Shown: positions 1 through 10,149, counted from the first letter of the stretch. The stretch: DNA of 64,000 nt from an uncultured Gemmatimonadaceae bacterium (GCA_963761305.1 CAVXGK010000002.1:3232001-3296000), one strand, 5' to 3'. Notes: generated by a model from the letters alone, not told the origin. Program-made: numbers and translations.

Positions 1-2322
1 CTTCGCCAGCGCCTCGTCTTCGATTAGGCGCGTGAGCTTGCCGTCGTTGAGCAGCGCGTTGATCGCCGCCGACTGCGCGCCGGTGATGCGCGTGACTTCA
101 CCGTCCGGCTCGATCTTGCGCAGAATGTCCGTGTCGATGAGCCACGTCGGCGTCTTGAACGAATTGTCGGCGAGGAACTTCATCGCCTGCTGCTGCTGCG
201 CCTTCGGCACTGGCGTGAACCGCACGCCCGGCTGATCGCCGTACTTCTCCTGTGAATTCTCGCCGCCGACCAGGTTGGCCACGTGGCCGAGCTCCGTGCG
301 GTACTGCCCGATCTCGCGGTTGTACAACTCGGACAGGACTTCGAAGTCGTCGGTCGGCTTCACCGTCGCCGATTCGATCCACTGCATGTTGCGCTTGAGG
401 TTCTTGAAGCCGAGGTCCGTCGCGCGCACCGGATCGGCGTCGCCAACCGCCTCGGTCTCGTCACCCGGATCCGAGCCGAACGCGCCGCTCGTCGAGAAAC
501 GGAGCCACGGCTTCGAATCCTGCTCGCGTGCCCACTGATCCAGGGTCGTGCGTTTCGCTTCGGCGGCGCGAATCAACTCGGCGCCATTGTGCGACGTGGC
601 GCCCTGCTGCGCGACCGCCATCGGCGTGGTGATCGGCGCGTAACCCCAGTGCGTCGCCCAGATGTCGTACGGACCGATGCGCGGAATGAGCAACTCGGCC
701 GGAACGTGATCTTCCGGTTGGACTACGTAGTTAAAACGCGAGTAGTCCATCAGCGTCGCGACGTGACCCATGCGGCGGAGGAAATCCGGATTGCGAATGC
801 TGTCGAGCGGATATTCGGAGCTCGACTTCATGTTGTGCTGGAACCCGATCGTGTGTCCGACCTCGTGCGCGAGCACGTACTCGAGCAGGCGGCCCATCAG
901 GGAATCGGGGTACGGGAACGTGCGCGCGCGCGGATCGGCCGCAGCGGCCTGCGTGAAGTACCAGGTGCGCGCCAGGTTCTGAACGTTCTGGTAGAACTGG
1001 ATGTGCGCTTCGAGAATCTCACCCGACCGCGGATCGTGAACGTTCGGACCGCTCGCGTTCTCGGTCGTCGACGGGAGCCAACGTACCACCGAGTAGCGCG
1101 CATCTTCCGGCGACCAGTCGGGATCGTTCGTCGGCGCGTCCTTGGCGATGATCGCGTGGCTGAAGCCCGCCGCCTCGAACGCCGGCTGCCAATCTTCGAT
1201 TGCCTTCTTGAGCCACGGCCGCCACTTCATCGGCGTGTTCGCGTCGAGATAGTAGACGATCGGCTTCACGGGATCGGAGACCGCCGCGTTCGGATCCTTC
1301 TTCTCAAGACGGTAGCGTGTGATGTAGCAGTGCGTGTTGCTCGCCATGCGCTGGTCGTCGCCCGCGTAGTCGGTCACGGTGAGCGAGAAGTAGCCCACGC
1401 GGTTGTCGCAGATGCGCGGCTCCATCGGCACGTCGGGCAGGCGATGGAAGCTGTACGCCATCACGATCGTCGCCGTGGGCGAAGTGAAGCCCGCGCCGCC
1501 ACGACCGGCACCGCGTCCTCCGCCCGCCGCCGCCGCGCCGCGACCGCCGGCGCCCGACTGCAGCGTCAGCGTCGAATACACGTTCACGTTGTCGGGGAAC
1601 GCCGACGAGTGCTCGATCCACGAACGCGTCGCGTCGATCGTATATCCCGCGCCGATGCGCTGCGCCGGCGAAAGCTCCGTCGGCGGCTGCGTGAAGAGGC
1701 GCGACACGTCGATCACGGCCGAGCTGTCCGCCCCGTACGCTTCGACGTTGAAGATCGCGAGGACCGGATGGACGTTCGACGCGTTCACCGCGCCGGCCAC
1801 CGGCGACAGCGTGTCGCTCGCCATGATCTCGTTCGAGATGCCGCGAAGCAGCACGCGATTGTCGCGTCGCTCGAACTGCAGCACGCGATTGCCGGCCGCC
1901 TGTCCGTCGTAGCCGGCACCGAGCGCCGTCTGCGCGATCTCCTGAACGAGGAGGATGTCCTTGTTCATCTGGCTGCGCGGGATCTCGAACAGCAGGCGAT
2001 CGCCGACCTTGATCGTCTTGAAGAAGCCGGTCTTGGTCTGTGCCTGCGCCGTGACGACGCGGTTGTACGGCTGCGGATTCGGGGCGCCGGCCTGAGCCGC
2101 GGCGTTGCCGCCTCCACCTCGTCCGCCGCGCCCGAAGCCTCCGCCGCCGGTCGGCGTTTCGCCGGAGTCGGTCGGAATCGTGGTGGGCGTCTGTTGAGGC
2201 GCTTGTCGTGTGGTGGCGCTGGGCGCCGGAGTCGGCGCCGGCGCGGGTGTCTTGGTGGTGCAGCCGATCGCGACGACTGCCGCAGCGGCGGATCCCAAGA
2301 CGAGGATCGAGCTCGTTCGCAT
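1..2322 (-). CDS. Zinc-dependent metalloprotease lipoprotein (DUF5117/DUF5118/DUF4953-type metzincin), 3' end runs off the window
   Basis: Not in the ORF track; translated by hand from ATG at 2322: MRTSSILVLGSAAAAVVAIGC (lipobox), PQPYNRVVT, LLFEIP, metzincin motif AHEVGHTIGFQHN near 835-870, downstream TLMDY Met-turn; frame open to base 1. Confidence 0.88.
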   Translation of the reverse strand, partial: MRTSSILVLGSAAAAVVAIGCTTKTPAPAPTPAPSATTRQAPQQTPTTIPTDSGETPTGGGGFGRGGRGGGGNAAAQAGAPNPQPYNRVVTAQAQTKTGFFKTIKVGDRLLFEIPRSQMNKDILLVQEIAQTALGAGYDGQAAGNRVLQFERRDNRVLLRGISNEIMASDTLSPVAGAVNASNVHPVLAIFNVEAYGADSSAVIDVSRLFTQPPTELSPAQRIGAGYTIDATRSWIEHSSAFPDNVNVYSTLTLQSGAGGRGAAAAGGGRGAGRGGAGFTSPTATIVMAYSFHRLPDVPMEPRICDNRVGYFSLTVTDYAGDDQRMASNTHCYITRYRLEKKDPNAAVSDPVKPIVYYLDANTPMKWRPWLKKAIEDWQPAFEAAGFSHAIIAKDAPTNDPDWSPEDARYSVVRWLPSTTENASGPNVHDPRSGEILEAHIQFYQNVQNLARTWYFTQAAAADPRARTFPYPDSLMGRLLEYVLAHEVGHTIGFQHNMKSSSEYPLDSIRNPDFLRRMGHVATLMDYSRFNYVVQPEDHVPAELLIPRIGPYDIWATHWGYAPITTPMAVAQQGATSHNGAELIRAAEAKRTTLDQWAREQDSKPWLRFSTSGAFGSDPGDETEAVGDADPVRATDLGFKNLKRNMQWIESATVKPTDDFEVLSELYNREIGQYRTELGHVANLVGGENSQEKYGDQPGVRFTPVPKAQQQQAMKFLADNSFKTPTWLIDTDILRKIEPDGEVTRITGAQSAAINALLNDGKLTRLIEDEALAK

Positions 2323-2428
2323 AGTACAGCCCTGATTTTGGAGGAGGCCGGGGGAGGTACCTGTCCCCGAATTCGTTCTGCTCATACCACGAACGAACTG
2401 GCTCCCCAAACCGCTGAAACGCCAGACC

Positions 2429-2449
2429 CCTGGATCAACTTGATCCAGG
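2429..2449. promoter_or_regulatory. Perfect 21-bp palindrome (operator or hairpin)
   Basis: CCTGGATCAA-C-TTGATCCAGG between the permease stop (2488) and the protease start (2322). Confidence 0.4.
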
Positions 2450-2487
2450 ATCCAGGGCGCCCCGATTCGTCGGAAGGAGCTACCGGT

Positions 2488-5202
2488 CTAGCCGCCGCGA
2501 AGGACGTCCATCGGCTCGATCCGCGCCGCGCGGCGCGCCGGGAAATAGCTGGCCACGACCGCCACCACCGCCAGTAGCGCCACGACCCCGCCAAAGGCGA
2601 TCGGGTCGGACGCGCTGATCTCGTAGAGCAGGTGCGTAAGGAGGCGCGTGGTCGCCAGCGCTCCCAGCACTCCGACGGCCGCGCCGACGATCGCCAACGT
2701 GACGCCCTGCCGGATCACCAGGCGAACGATGTCGGCCGCCCCCGCGCCCAGAGCAACCCGGATGCTGATCTCACGCCCACGCTGCGCGACGAGATACGAG
2801 ATCACGCTGTACACACCCAGCGCGGCCAGAAGCAGCGCCACGACGCCGAACACCCCGACGAGCGTCAGCATGAAGCGCTGGGTCGTGACTGAGGCGGCCA
2901 CCGCGTCATCCATCGTCGCGAATCGCGCCGGAATGTCCGGATGGGCTCGGCGCAGCTCCCGACGCATCGTGGCGAGCGCGGCCGCTGGCGCCGACGTGAC
3001 CATCACGACGGAGAACTGACTCCCGTTTCCGGGGCGTTGGCGATACGAGCCGTAGACCATCGGTGTCGCGTCCGTCGCCGGCCCGCCGTCGTGCACGTCG
3101 CCGACGATGCCGACGATCGTCATCGGCGTGAGATCGCCGTCCATGTTCCCGAACTCGATCACCTTGCCGATCGCGCTCTGATTCGGCCACTGCGTCTTCG
3201 CCAGCGACGCGTTGATGACCGCGACGTGCGGCGTCGTGCGGCGATCGCGGTCGTCGAAAAGGCGGCCGCTCACGAGGGGAATCCCCATCGCCTTGAAGTA
3301 GTCGCCCGAAGCCGTGCGATAGTCGGCTTCTCCCACGCGCGATTTGTCCTGGTAGAGCCGCTCGAAGTCCGAGGCCTGAAGCTTCTCGGCCGCACTCTCC
3401 AATACGAGGAATGCACCGTCGGCGCCGCCGCCGGTGAGCGGCGGGTTGCTCACGCCGCCGACAGCGGTCACGCCCGGTGCGCTTCGTGCGAGCGCCATCG
3501 CATCGTCGATCAGCTGGTCGTTTCGGGCGACTCTGTCGTCGTCCGATGCGACCTCGTGCAGGGACGGTTCGGAAACGAGCGTCGCCATCGCGACGCCGTG
3601 TATTCGGAACCCCGCGTCGGTCGTCATGAGACGCACGAAGCTCCGGCCGAGCACGCCCGTGGCGACCATCAGCACGACCGTCATCGACAGTTGCACGACG
3701 ACGAGCGCGCTGCGCATGCCGTAGCTCGCCGCGCCGCCGCCCTGCGAGCGTTGCGACTGCGAGAGCGCTGCGCGTAGATCGCCGCGCATGCCGCGCCAGG
3801 CCGCGACGAGTCCCAACGCGATCGCGGCGAGAATCGACACGCCGATCGCGAACAGCATCACGCGCCAATCGACGCTCAACTCGGAGATCCGTGGGATCAG
3901 CGCCGGTCGCAATGCGAGCAGCATCTTCACCCCGCCGAACGCCAGCGCGAGTCCGCCGATACATCCGAGCAGCGACAACAGCGACGCCTCGACGAGGAGT
4001 TGCTGGACGAGACGCGCGCGTCCTGCGCCGAGCGCGACCCGTACGGCGAGCTCGCTCTCGCGCGCCGCCATGCGTGCCACGAGCAGGTTCACGACGTTCG
4101 TGCACGCGATCAGCAGCAGCACCGCGGACGCGCCGAAGAGCAGCAGGAGGATCGGCCGAATCGCGCCGACGATCTGTTCTTGCAGCGATACAACTCCGCC
4201 GTCGACCGTGATCGTGGCGTCGCCGACTTCGGCCTTCAGCCCGCGGAGCACCGTCGACAGATCCTGACGCGCCTGATCGAGTGTGACGCCCGGCTTGATG
4301 CGCGCCAGCAGTTTCCAGTTTCCCGCGGTGTAGCTGGGCAGCCTCTTCTCGGTCTCACGCGGGAAGAACACGTCGGTCTGCGCCGGATACTCCAGGCCTT
4401 TGGGCAGCACACCGACGACCGTGATCGTCGACGGGCCGCTCGCCAGCCTCGCGCCGAGTGCGCGATTCGTTCCACTGAAGAGGCGCTGCCAGAGCGAGTA
4501 GCTGATCACCGCCGCCTTCGGTGCGCCTTCCTGCTGTTCTTCTGCGACGAAGAATCGGCCAGCCGCGGGCTTCACGCCGAGCACGTCGAAGTACTGCTTG
4601 GAAACCCACGACGCCGGCAACCGTAACGCTTCACCGTCGTTCGACACCGTCACGGCGTACGAATTCATCTCGGCCACCGCGGAGAGCGATCGATTGCGCA
4701 CGGCGATCGCCTCGAACGTTGGGTCGGCGAAGTTGTGCAGCACGCCGCCCTTGGCGGTCAGCCCCGTCACCTGAACGAGTCGGTCCGGCGCCGGGAAGGG
4801 GAGCGCCTTGAGCAGCACGCCGTTCACGACACTGAACAGCGCTGTCGTCGCGCCGATGCCGAGGGCGAGCGTGAACGCCGCCGCGAGCGAAAATCCGGCC
4901 GACTTTCGAAACTGACGAACGCCGACGCGAACGTCCTGAACGATGCTCTGAATGCGCTCCGACGTGTTGATGCGCTGCATGTGTGCTTTCTCCATGTCGA
5001 GACAGTACGTTCGCAGGTCGTCGACGTCGCCGAACCGTCGCAGTGCCTCGGCGCGCGCTTCGTCGTACGGCACGCCCGCGGCGATGAGGCGCGCCACGCG
5101 AGCCTCGACGTGAAATGCGACTTCGTCGTCGAGCTCCCGCGCGAGCCGGTCAGCCGTGGACGGAAGTCGAAAGACGCGCCGGATGCCGGTGGGACGACGC
5201 AT
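2488..5202 (-). CDS. ADOP-family ABC transporter permease (duplicated MacB-PCD/FtsX) with N-terminal prefix domain
   Basis: ELDDEVAFHVE..RRFG prefix, TLALGIGATTALFSVV, LLIACTNVVNLL, ELAVRVALGA, REISIRVALGA, PARRAARIEPMDVLR. Confidence 0.93.
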   Translation of the reverse strand: MRRPTGIRRVFRLPSTADRLARELDDEVAFHVEARVARLIAAGVPYDEARAEALRRFGDVDDLRTYCLDMEKAHMQRINTSERIQSIVQDVRVGVRQFRKSAGFSLAAAFTLALGIGATTALFSVVNGVLLKALPFPAPDRLVQVTGLTAKGGVLHNFADPTFEAIAVRNRSLSAVAEMNSYAVTVSNDGEALRLPASWVSKQYFDVLGVKPAAGRFFVAEEQQEGAPKAAVISYSLWQRLFSGTNRALGARLASGPSTITVVGVLPKGLEYPAQTDVFFPRETEKRLPSYTAGNWKLLARIKPGVTLDQARQDLSTVLRGLKAEVGDATITVDGGVVSLQEQIVGAIRPILLLLFGASAVLLLIACTNVVNLLVARMAARESELAVRVALGAGRARLVQQLLVEASLLSLLGCIGGLALAFGGVKMLLALRPALIPRISELSVDWRVMLFAIGVSILAAIALGLVAAWRGMRGDLRAALSQSQRSQGGGAASYGMRSALVVVQLSMTVVLMVATGVLGRSFVRLMTTDAGFRIHGVAMATLVSEPSLHEVASDDDRVARNDQLIDDAMALARSAPGVTAVGGVSNPPLTGGGADGAFLVLESAAEKLQASDFERLYQDKSRVGEADYRTASGDYFKAMGIPLVSGRLFDDRDRRTTPHVAVINASLAKTQWPNQSAIGKVIEFGNMDGDLTPMTIVGIVGDVHDGGPATDATPMVYGSYRQRPGNGSQFSVVMVTSAPAAALATMRRELRRAHPDIPARFATMDDAVAASVTTQRFMLTLVGVFGVVALLLAALGVYSVISYLVAQRGREISIRVALGAGAADIVRLVIRQGVTLAIVGAAVGVLGALATTRLLTHLLYEISASDPIAFGGVVALLAVVAVVASYFPARRAARIEPMDVLRGG

Positions 5203-5206
5203 GGCT

Positions 5207-5539
5207 CTACGTCGCCTCGAGGATCCGTCCGACCGCGCTCGCGTAGCGGCGCCACGTTGCAGTTTCCGCCCGCAGCTGCGCGCGCCCGCGCGGCGTGAGC
5301 GAGTAGTACTTCGCCTTGCGGTTGTTCTCGGAGACGCCCCACTCCGATTCGATCGCGCCCGCGTCCTCGAGCCGGTGGAGCGCCTTGTACAACGCGGCGT
5401 CGACGATCACGAGATCGCCGTCGCCGTGTCCCTCGATCCATTCGCTCACGGAATAGCCGTGGAGCGGGCTCAAGGACAGGGCTTTGAGAACGAGGATGTC
5501 GAGGGTGCCGTGCAGCAGATCGCTGGCGTCGCGGGGCAT
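5207..5539 (-). CDS. padR: PadR-family transcriptional regulator
   Basis: [45 protein letters not shown] at 5539 preferred over GTG at 5551. Confidence 0.93.
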   Translation of the reverse strand: MPRDASDLLHGTLDILVLKALSLSPLHGYSVSEWIEGHGDGDLVIVDAALYKALHRLEDAGAIESEWGVSENNRKAKYYSLTPRGRAQLRAETATWRRYASAVGRILEAT

Positions 5540-5548
5540 TGGATCTTC

Positions 5549-5565
5549 CACTAACGAGGTTGGTG
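5549..5565. promoter_or_regulatory. Putative PadR operator, copy 1
   Basis: Minus strand CACCAACCTCGTTAGTG, 9 nt before the padR ATG; matches 22366-22382. Confidence 0.6.
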
Positions 5566-5614
5566 CAAGATCTCGTACGGCGTTGGACGCCGCCAGGGTT
5601 CAATTGGTTTGATT

Positions 5615-5652
5615 GGTGGACGGGTGGACGGGTGGACGGGTGGGCGGGTGGC
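5615..5652. repeat. GGTGGAC(G/A) 8-mer tandem array, single arm
   Basis: GGTGGACG x3 plus GGTGGGCG and GGTGGC, abutting the methyltransferase stop. Confidence 0.85.
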
Positions 5653-5653
5653 C

Positions 5654-6664
5654 CTAACCCACGCGCCGTGCGTACAGCTCGAACCAGGGAGCGACGGAGG
5701 GCTCCCGACGCGCGCCGGCGAGCAGCAAATGCTTGAACGCCAATTCCTCGGCGCGCGCCCATGGGCGCGTCCACTCGTCGGCAAGTCGTGGAAGGACGTC
5801 TCCTTCCACGTGCACGATCCTGAATCCGCTCGCGCGCACCAGTCGGCTCAACGCGCCAGGAGTGAAGCCGAAGCGATACGGGAACGACAACAGGTTGTTC
5901 TGCGCCAGCGTCGAACGCGCCAAAGCGCGGCGCAGGCGGTTCGGGTTCGTGAGGTCGCTGCGGAGCCGCGCGTACAAGCCGCCGTTCGGGACGCGCAAGG
6001 CCAGGATGCCGCCCGGGCGAAGGATCCGCCATGCCGCCTCCGCCGCGGCGCGCGGGTCGCCGAGCTGATCGAACGTGTTCCAGATGGCGACGGCGTCGAA
6101 GAGCCGGCGCGCACGGTACGTCGCGAAGTCGCCGTCCTGCACGGCGAAGCCGAGCGACCGCGTGAACGCGTTGACGGCGGGACTGACATCGAGCCCCTCG
6201 AAGCGCATGCCATCCTGTCGAGCCGCGGCCAGAAACGCTCCGGCGTAGCTCCCGACCTCGAGACCGTCACACCGGCGACCCAACGTCCTCCGTAGGCGTC
6301 TCGCTTGTGAGCGCGCGCAACGGTACTGCGCGGTGTGAAGCGATCGCAGCACGTCGGCCGTCGGCGAGGCACGACGATACGCGTCGACGATCTCTCGCGT
6401 CGGCTCGGCGGGACTGCGGTAGACGAGCCCGCACTCGCGGCACTTCACGACGCGGAGCGGCGGATTCTCGGAGAAGGTGACCCGATCGAGCAGTCTGGTC
6501 GCTGGCGTATCGGGCCGAAGTCGTCGCGCGTGATAGGCCCAGAGCGCTTCGATTTCGTCGCGGACGCTTCGGTGGTCGGCGATCAAATCGTTGTCCGATT
6601 CGCCGCAAACGATGCAGCGACTGGCGTCGGCCGGCGAAGACGGGAGCGGAGACTTGGGCTGCAC
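5654..6664 (-). CDS. Class I SAM-dependent methyltransferase with N-terminal Cys4 (zinc-ribbon-like) region
   Basis: CIVC...CREC, motif I LEVGSYAGAF, GLDVS, FDAV, LRPGGIL..VPN; exact start uncertain. Confidence 0.85.
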   Translation of the reverse strand: MQPKSPLPSSPADASRCIVCGESDNDLIADHRSVRDEIEALWAYHARRLRPDTPATRLLDRVTFSENPPLRVVKCRECGLVYRSPAEPTREIVDAYRRASPTADVLRSLHTAQYRCARSQARRLRRTLGRRCDGLEVGSYAGAFLAAARQDGMRFEGLDVSPAVNAFTRSLGFAVQDGDFATYRARRLFDAVAIWNTFDQLGDPRAAAEAAWRILRPGGILALRVPNGGLYARLRSDLTNPNRLRRALARSTLAQNNLLSFPYRFGFTPGALSRLVRASGFRIVHVEGDVLPRLADEWTRPWARAEELAFKHLLLAGARREPSVAPWFELYARRVG

Positions 6665-6799
6665 GTCACATCAGGGGTGCAGGGCCGGTGCCCATCCGGC
6701 GCCCGACACCGGGGCGCGTGGCCGGAACGCGCGTGAGTCGATAGGCTACAACCGATCCCGCCCCGGCCCGCTCCTCATCTCATTCGACCGCTCTGCGCC

Positions 6800-9700
6800 A
6801 TGAAATCTCCCACTCGTCTCGTCGCGTCTTTCGTCGTGTCCGCCGGGCTCGCGAGCGCGACCGCCGCGCCGCTGATCGCGCAGGACTCGCTCGCTCTCGC
6901 CGGCGTACACTGGCGCGAGATCGGGCCGTATCGCGGCGGCCGCTCCGTCGCCGCCACGGGCAACCCGTCTCGACCGAATGAGTTCTGGATGGGCACGACA
7001 GGCGGCGGCGTCTTCAAGTCGATCAACGCGGGCCAGTCGTGGGCGCCGGTGACGGACAACTATTTCGGCGGCACGATCGGCGCGATCGCGGTGTCCGCGT
7101 CGTCGCCGGACGTCGTGTACGTGGGCGGCGGCGAGTATCCGATCCGCGGCAACGTGTCGCACGGCGACGGCGTGTGGAAGACGACCGACGGGGGCAAGAC
7201 GTGGACATTCAAGGGTCTCGCCGAGACGCGGCAGATCGCCGACATCGTGGTGAACCCGACGAATCCCGATCTCGTCTACGTCGGCGCGCTGGGGCACGTG
7301 TGGGCGCCGAATCCGGAACGCGGCGTGTTTCGATCGAAGGACGGCGGCACGACGTGGGAGAAGATTCTCTTTCGAAACGACTCGACGGGCGTCGTCGACC
7401 TCGTGATGGATCCGCACGACCCGAACGTGCTGTACGCCGGGCTTTGGCAGGCCGGACGCACGCCGTGGCTCCTGTCGTCGGGCGGAAAGGGCAGCGGCAT
7501 GTTCAAGACGACGGACGGCGGCGACCATTGGACGGAGATCACGCGCAATCCCGGCTTGCCGGAAGGCATCTGGGGCAACATCGGCATCACCGTGTCGGGA
7601 GGAAACTCGAATCGCGTCTGGGCCAACATCGAAGCCGATTCGGGTGGCGTCTTTCGCTCCGATGACGGCGGCGCGACGTGGCAGCGCACGAACAACGATC
7701 GCAATCTGCGGCAGCGCGCGTGGTACTACACCAAGATCCACGCCGACTCGAAGGACACAAACGTCGTCTACGCGAACAACGTGTCGTTCATGAAATCGAC
7801 CGACGGCGGGAAGACGTTTCGTACGGTGCGCGGTGGCATGCACCACGGCGACTCGCACGACTTTTGGGTCGACCCCAAGGACAACCAGCGCATGATCGAG
7901 TCCGACGACGGCGGTGCGGAGGTGAGCGTCGACGGCGGGAAGACGTGGTCGGACGAAGACTTCGCCACGGCGCAGTTCTATCACGTGATCGCGACGAATC
8001 ACTTCCCGTATCACATCTGCGGCGCGCAGCAAGACAACTCGACGCTGTGCGGTCCCAGCCGGGGCAGCCTGGACGTCTCGGATTGGCTCGAAGCGGGTGG
8101 GGGCGAGTCGGGGTGGATCGCGTCGCGCGGCGACGACCCGGACGTCGTCTACGCGGGCAGCTACGGCAACCTGCTCACGCGGAAGGATCTGCGAACCGGA
8201 ATCACGGTGAACGTGAATCCCTGGCCGGACAATCCGATGGGCCATCCGGCGATGGATTTGAAATACCGATTTCAGTGGACATTCCCGATCATCGTGTCGA
8301 CGCACAATCCGAACGTCGTGTACGCCGGGTCGAACGTCGTGCACAAGTCGGTGGACGGCGGCAGGAGCTGGACGGTGATCTCGCCCGATCTCACCTACCA
8401 CGATCCGGCGACGCTCGGTAACTCGGGCGGTCCGCTGACCAAGGATCAGACGTCGATCGAGTACTACGGCACGGTGTTCATCATCGAAGAGTCGCCGGTC
8501 ACCGCGAATACGATTTGGACGGGCTCCGACGACGGGAAGGTCTATCTCACGCGCAACGGCGGCGTGAAATGGACCGACGTGACGCCGAAGGACATGGCGA
8601 AGTACACGCGCGTGTCGAGCCTCGACGCGTCGAAGTTCGGCGAGTGCATCGCGTACGTCGCGGCGAACCGGTTTCAGCTGGACGACGACAAGCCGTATCT
8701 ATGGAAGACCGCCGACTGCGGCGCGCACTGGACGCGCATCGACGGCGGAATCGCGCCGAGCGAGTTCACGCGTGTCGTGCGCGAGGATCCGGCCAAGCGC
8801 GGCCTGCTCGTAGCCGGCACCGAGCGTGGCGTGTGGTACTCGACGGACGACGGCGCGCACTGGGGCAGCCTGCGGCTCAACCTGCCGATCGTCCCCGTGC
8901 ACGACCTGGTCTTCAAGGAAGGCGATATCGTGATCGCCACGCACGGACGCAGCTTCTACATCATGGACGACGTCACGACGCTGGAGCAGATGAGCGACGC
9001 GATCGAGGCGTCGAACGCCCATCTGTTCCGCCCGCGCGATCAGTATCGGTTGGCGACGGGCGGCGGCTTCGGCGGTGGCGGCGGGCGCGGCGGCGGTGCT
9101 CCCGCGCAGGTGACGCCCGAGAACGCCCCCATTCATCCGACCGGACAGAATCCGCCAGCCGGCGTCGTCGTGCAATATTGGCTCGGCGCGGCGAACGACA
9201 CGGTTGCGCTCGACTTCCTCGACGCTACGGGAAAGCTCATTCGAGGATACTCGAGCAAGCCGGACTCTGCGGCGCAGCCGGCGCAGCCGCCCGAAGACGG
9301 CTTTTTCGGGCCCGCGCCGGCGCCGCGCGTGCCGAATCAGCGAGGCGTGAACACCTTCGTCTGGAACATGCGCTATCCCGACGCGACGAGCTTCCCGGGC
9401 ATGATTCTCTGGGCGGCCGGCGTGACGGGACCACTCGTGCCGCCAGGCACGTATAAGACTCGGCTCAGCGTGAACGGCAAGCCGATCGCGACGGAAACGT
9501 TCAAGGTGCTGCCCGATCCGCGCATCAAGGCGACGCTCGCCGATTGGCAGGAGCAGTCGCGACTCGCGCTCGCCGTTCGGGACCGCTTCTCCGAGGCGAA
9601 CGATGCGGTCAAGGAAATCCGCCGCATCAAGTCCGAGCTGGCGGATCGCGAGAAGAAGCTGGCGGCGGGCCAGCTCCCGCAATTCACCACCCTCTCGACG

Positions 9701-10006
9701 CCGTTCGCGGCCGCGCTGTCGGAGGTCGAGGACTCGCTCTACCAAACCAAGAACCGCAGCGGCCAGGACCCGCTCAACTACCCGATCCGGCTCAACAACC
9801 GCGTCGGCGCGTTGCTCGGCGTCATCCAAAGCTCCGACGGGCGGCCCACACAGCAGAGCTACGACGTCGATAAGCTGCTGACGGTCGAGCTCAACAAGGA
9901 TCTCACGAAGTTGCGCTCGACGATTGGTGCGGACCTGCCGCGGATCAACGCGATGCTGCGCGCGGCGGGACTCAAGGAGATCGCATCGAAGGGGCCGGTC
10001 GCCTAG
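6800..10006 (+). CDS. Secreted VPS10/BNR-repeat (Asp-box) glycosyl hydrolase-like protein
   Basis: Signal peptide, WREIGPYRGGRS, many S/T-x-D-G-G-x-T-W Asp boxes, GGAQ-like CGAQQDN, helical C-terminus. Confidence 0.9.
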   Translation: MKSPTRLVASFVVSAGLASATAAPLIAQDSLALAGVHWREIGPYRGGRSVAATGNPSRPNEFWMGTTGGGVFKSINAGQSWAPVTDNYFGGTIGAIAVSASSPDVVYVGGGEYPIRGNVSHGDGVWKTTDGGKTWTFKGLAETRQIADIVVNPTNPDLVYVGALGHVWAPNPERGVFRSKDGGTTWEKILFRNDSTGVVDLVMDPHDPNVLYAGLWQAGRTPWLLSSGGKGSGMFKTTDGGDHWTEITRNPGLPEGIWGNIGITVSGGNSNRVWANIEADSGGVFRSDDGGATWQRTNNDRNLRQRAWYYTKIHADSKDTNVVYANNVSFMKSTDGGKTFRTVRGGMHHGDSHDFWVDPKDNQRMIESDDGGAEVSVDGGKTWSDEDFATAQFYHVIATNHFPYHICGAQQDNSTLCGPSRGSLDVSDWLEAGGGESGWIASRGDDPDVVYAGSYGNLLTRKDLRTGITVNVNPWPDNPMGHPAMDLKYRFQWTFPIIVSTHNPNVVYAGSNVVHKSVDGGRSWTVISPDLTYHDPATLGNSGGPLTKDQTSIEYYGTVFIIEESPVTANTIWTGSDDGKVYLTRNGGVKWTDVTPKDMAKYTRVSSLDASKFGECIAYVAANRFQLDDDKPYLWKTADCGAHWTRIDGGIAPSEFTRVVREDPAKRGLLVAGTERGVWYSTDDGAHWGSLRLNLPIVPVHDLVFKEGDIVIATHGRSFYIMDDVTTLEQMSDAIEASNAHLFRPRDQYRLATGGGFGGGGGRGGGAPAQVTPENAPIHPTGQNPPAGVVVQYWLGAANDTVALDFLDATGKLIRGYSSKPDSAAQPAQPPEDGFFGPAPAPRVPNQRGVNTFVWNMRYPDATSFPGMILWAAGVTGPLVPPGTYKTRLSVNGKPIATETFKVLPDPRIKATLADWQEQSRLALAVRDRFSEANDAVKEIRRIKSELADREKKLAAGQLPQFTTLSTPFAAALSEVEDSLYQTKNRSGQDPLNYPIRLNNRVGALLGVIQSSDGRPTQQSYDVDKLLTVELNKDLTKLRSTIGADLPRINAMLRAAGLKEIASKGPVA

Positions 10007-10054
10007 TCGTCCGGTTGAGCCAGCGAGCAGCGACCATAAACGAGCAGGCAATTA

Positions 10055-10149
10055 TGAATAGGAACGACGGATTTCACGATTGAACGGATTTCACGATTGA
10101 ACCTTTGAAGTAAAATCCGCGAATTCCGCGAAATCGCAGTCCTATTTCA
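10055..10149. repeat. AT-rich imperfect palindromic element with 17-bp tandem duplication, between convergent genes
   Basis: ACGGATTTCACGATTGA x2 (10067-10100); right arm ATCCGCGAATTCCGCGAAATC; outer arms TGAATAGGA / TCCTATTTCA. Confidence 0.65.

Noticed and set aside
283..2577. 764-aa plus-strand ORF
   Set aside because: Antisense shadow of the minus-strand metalloprotease; Arg/Val-rich with no motifs
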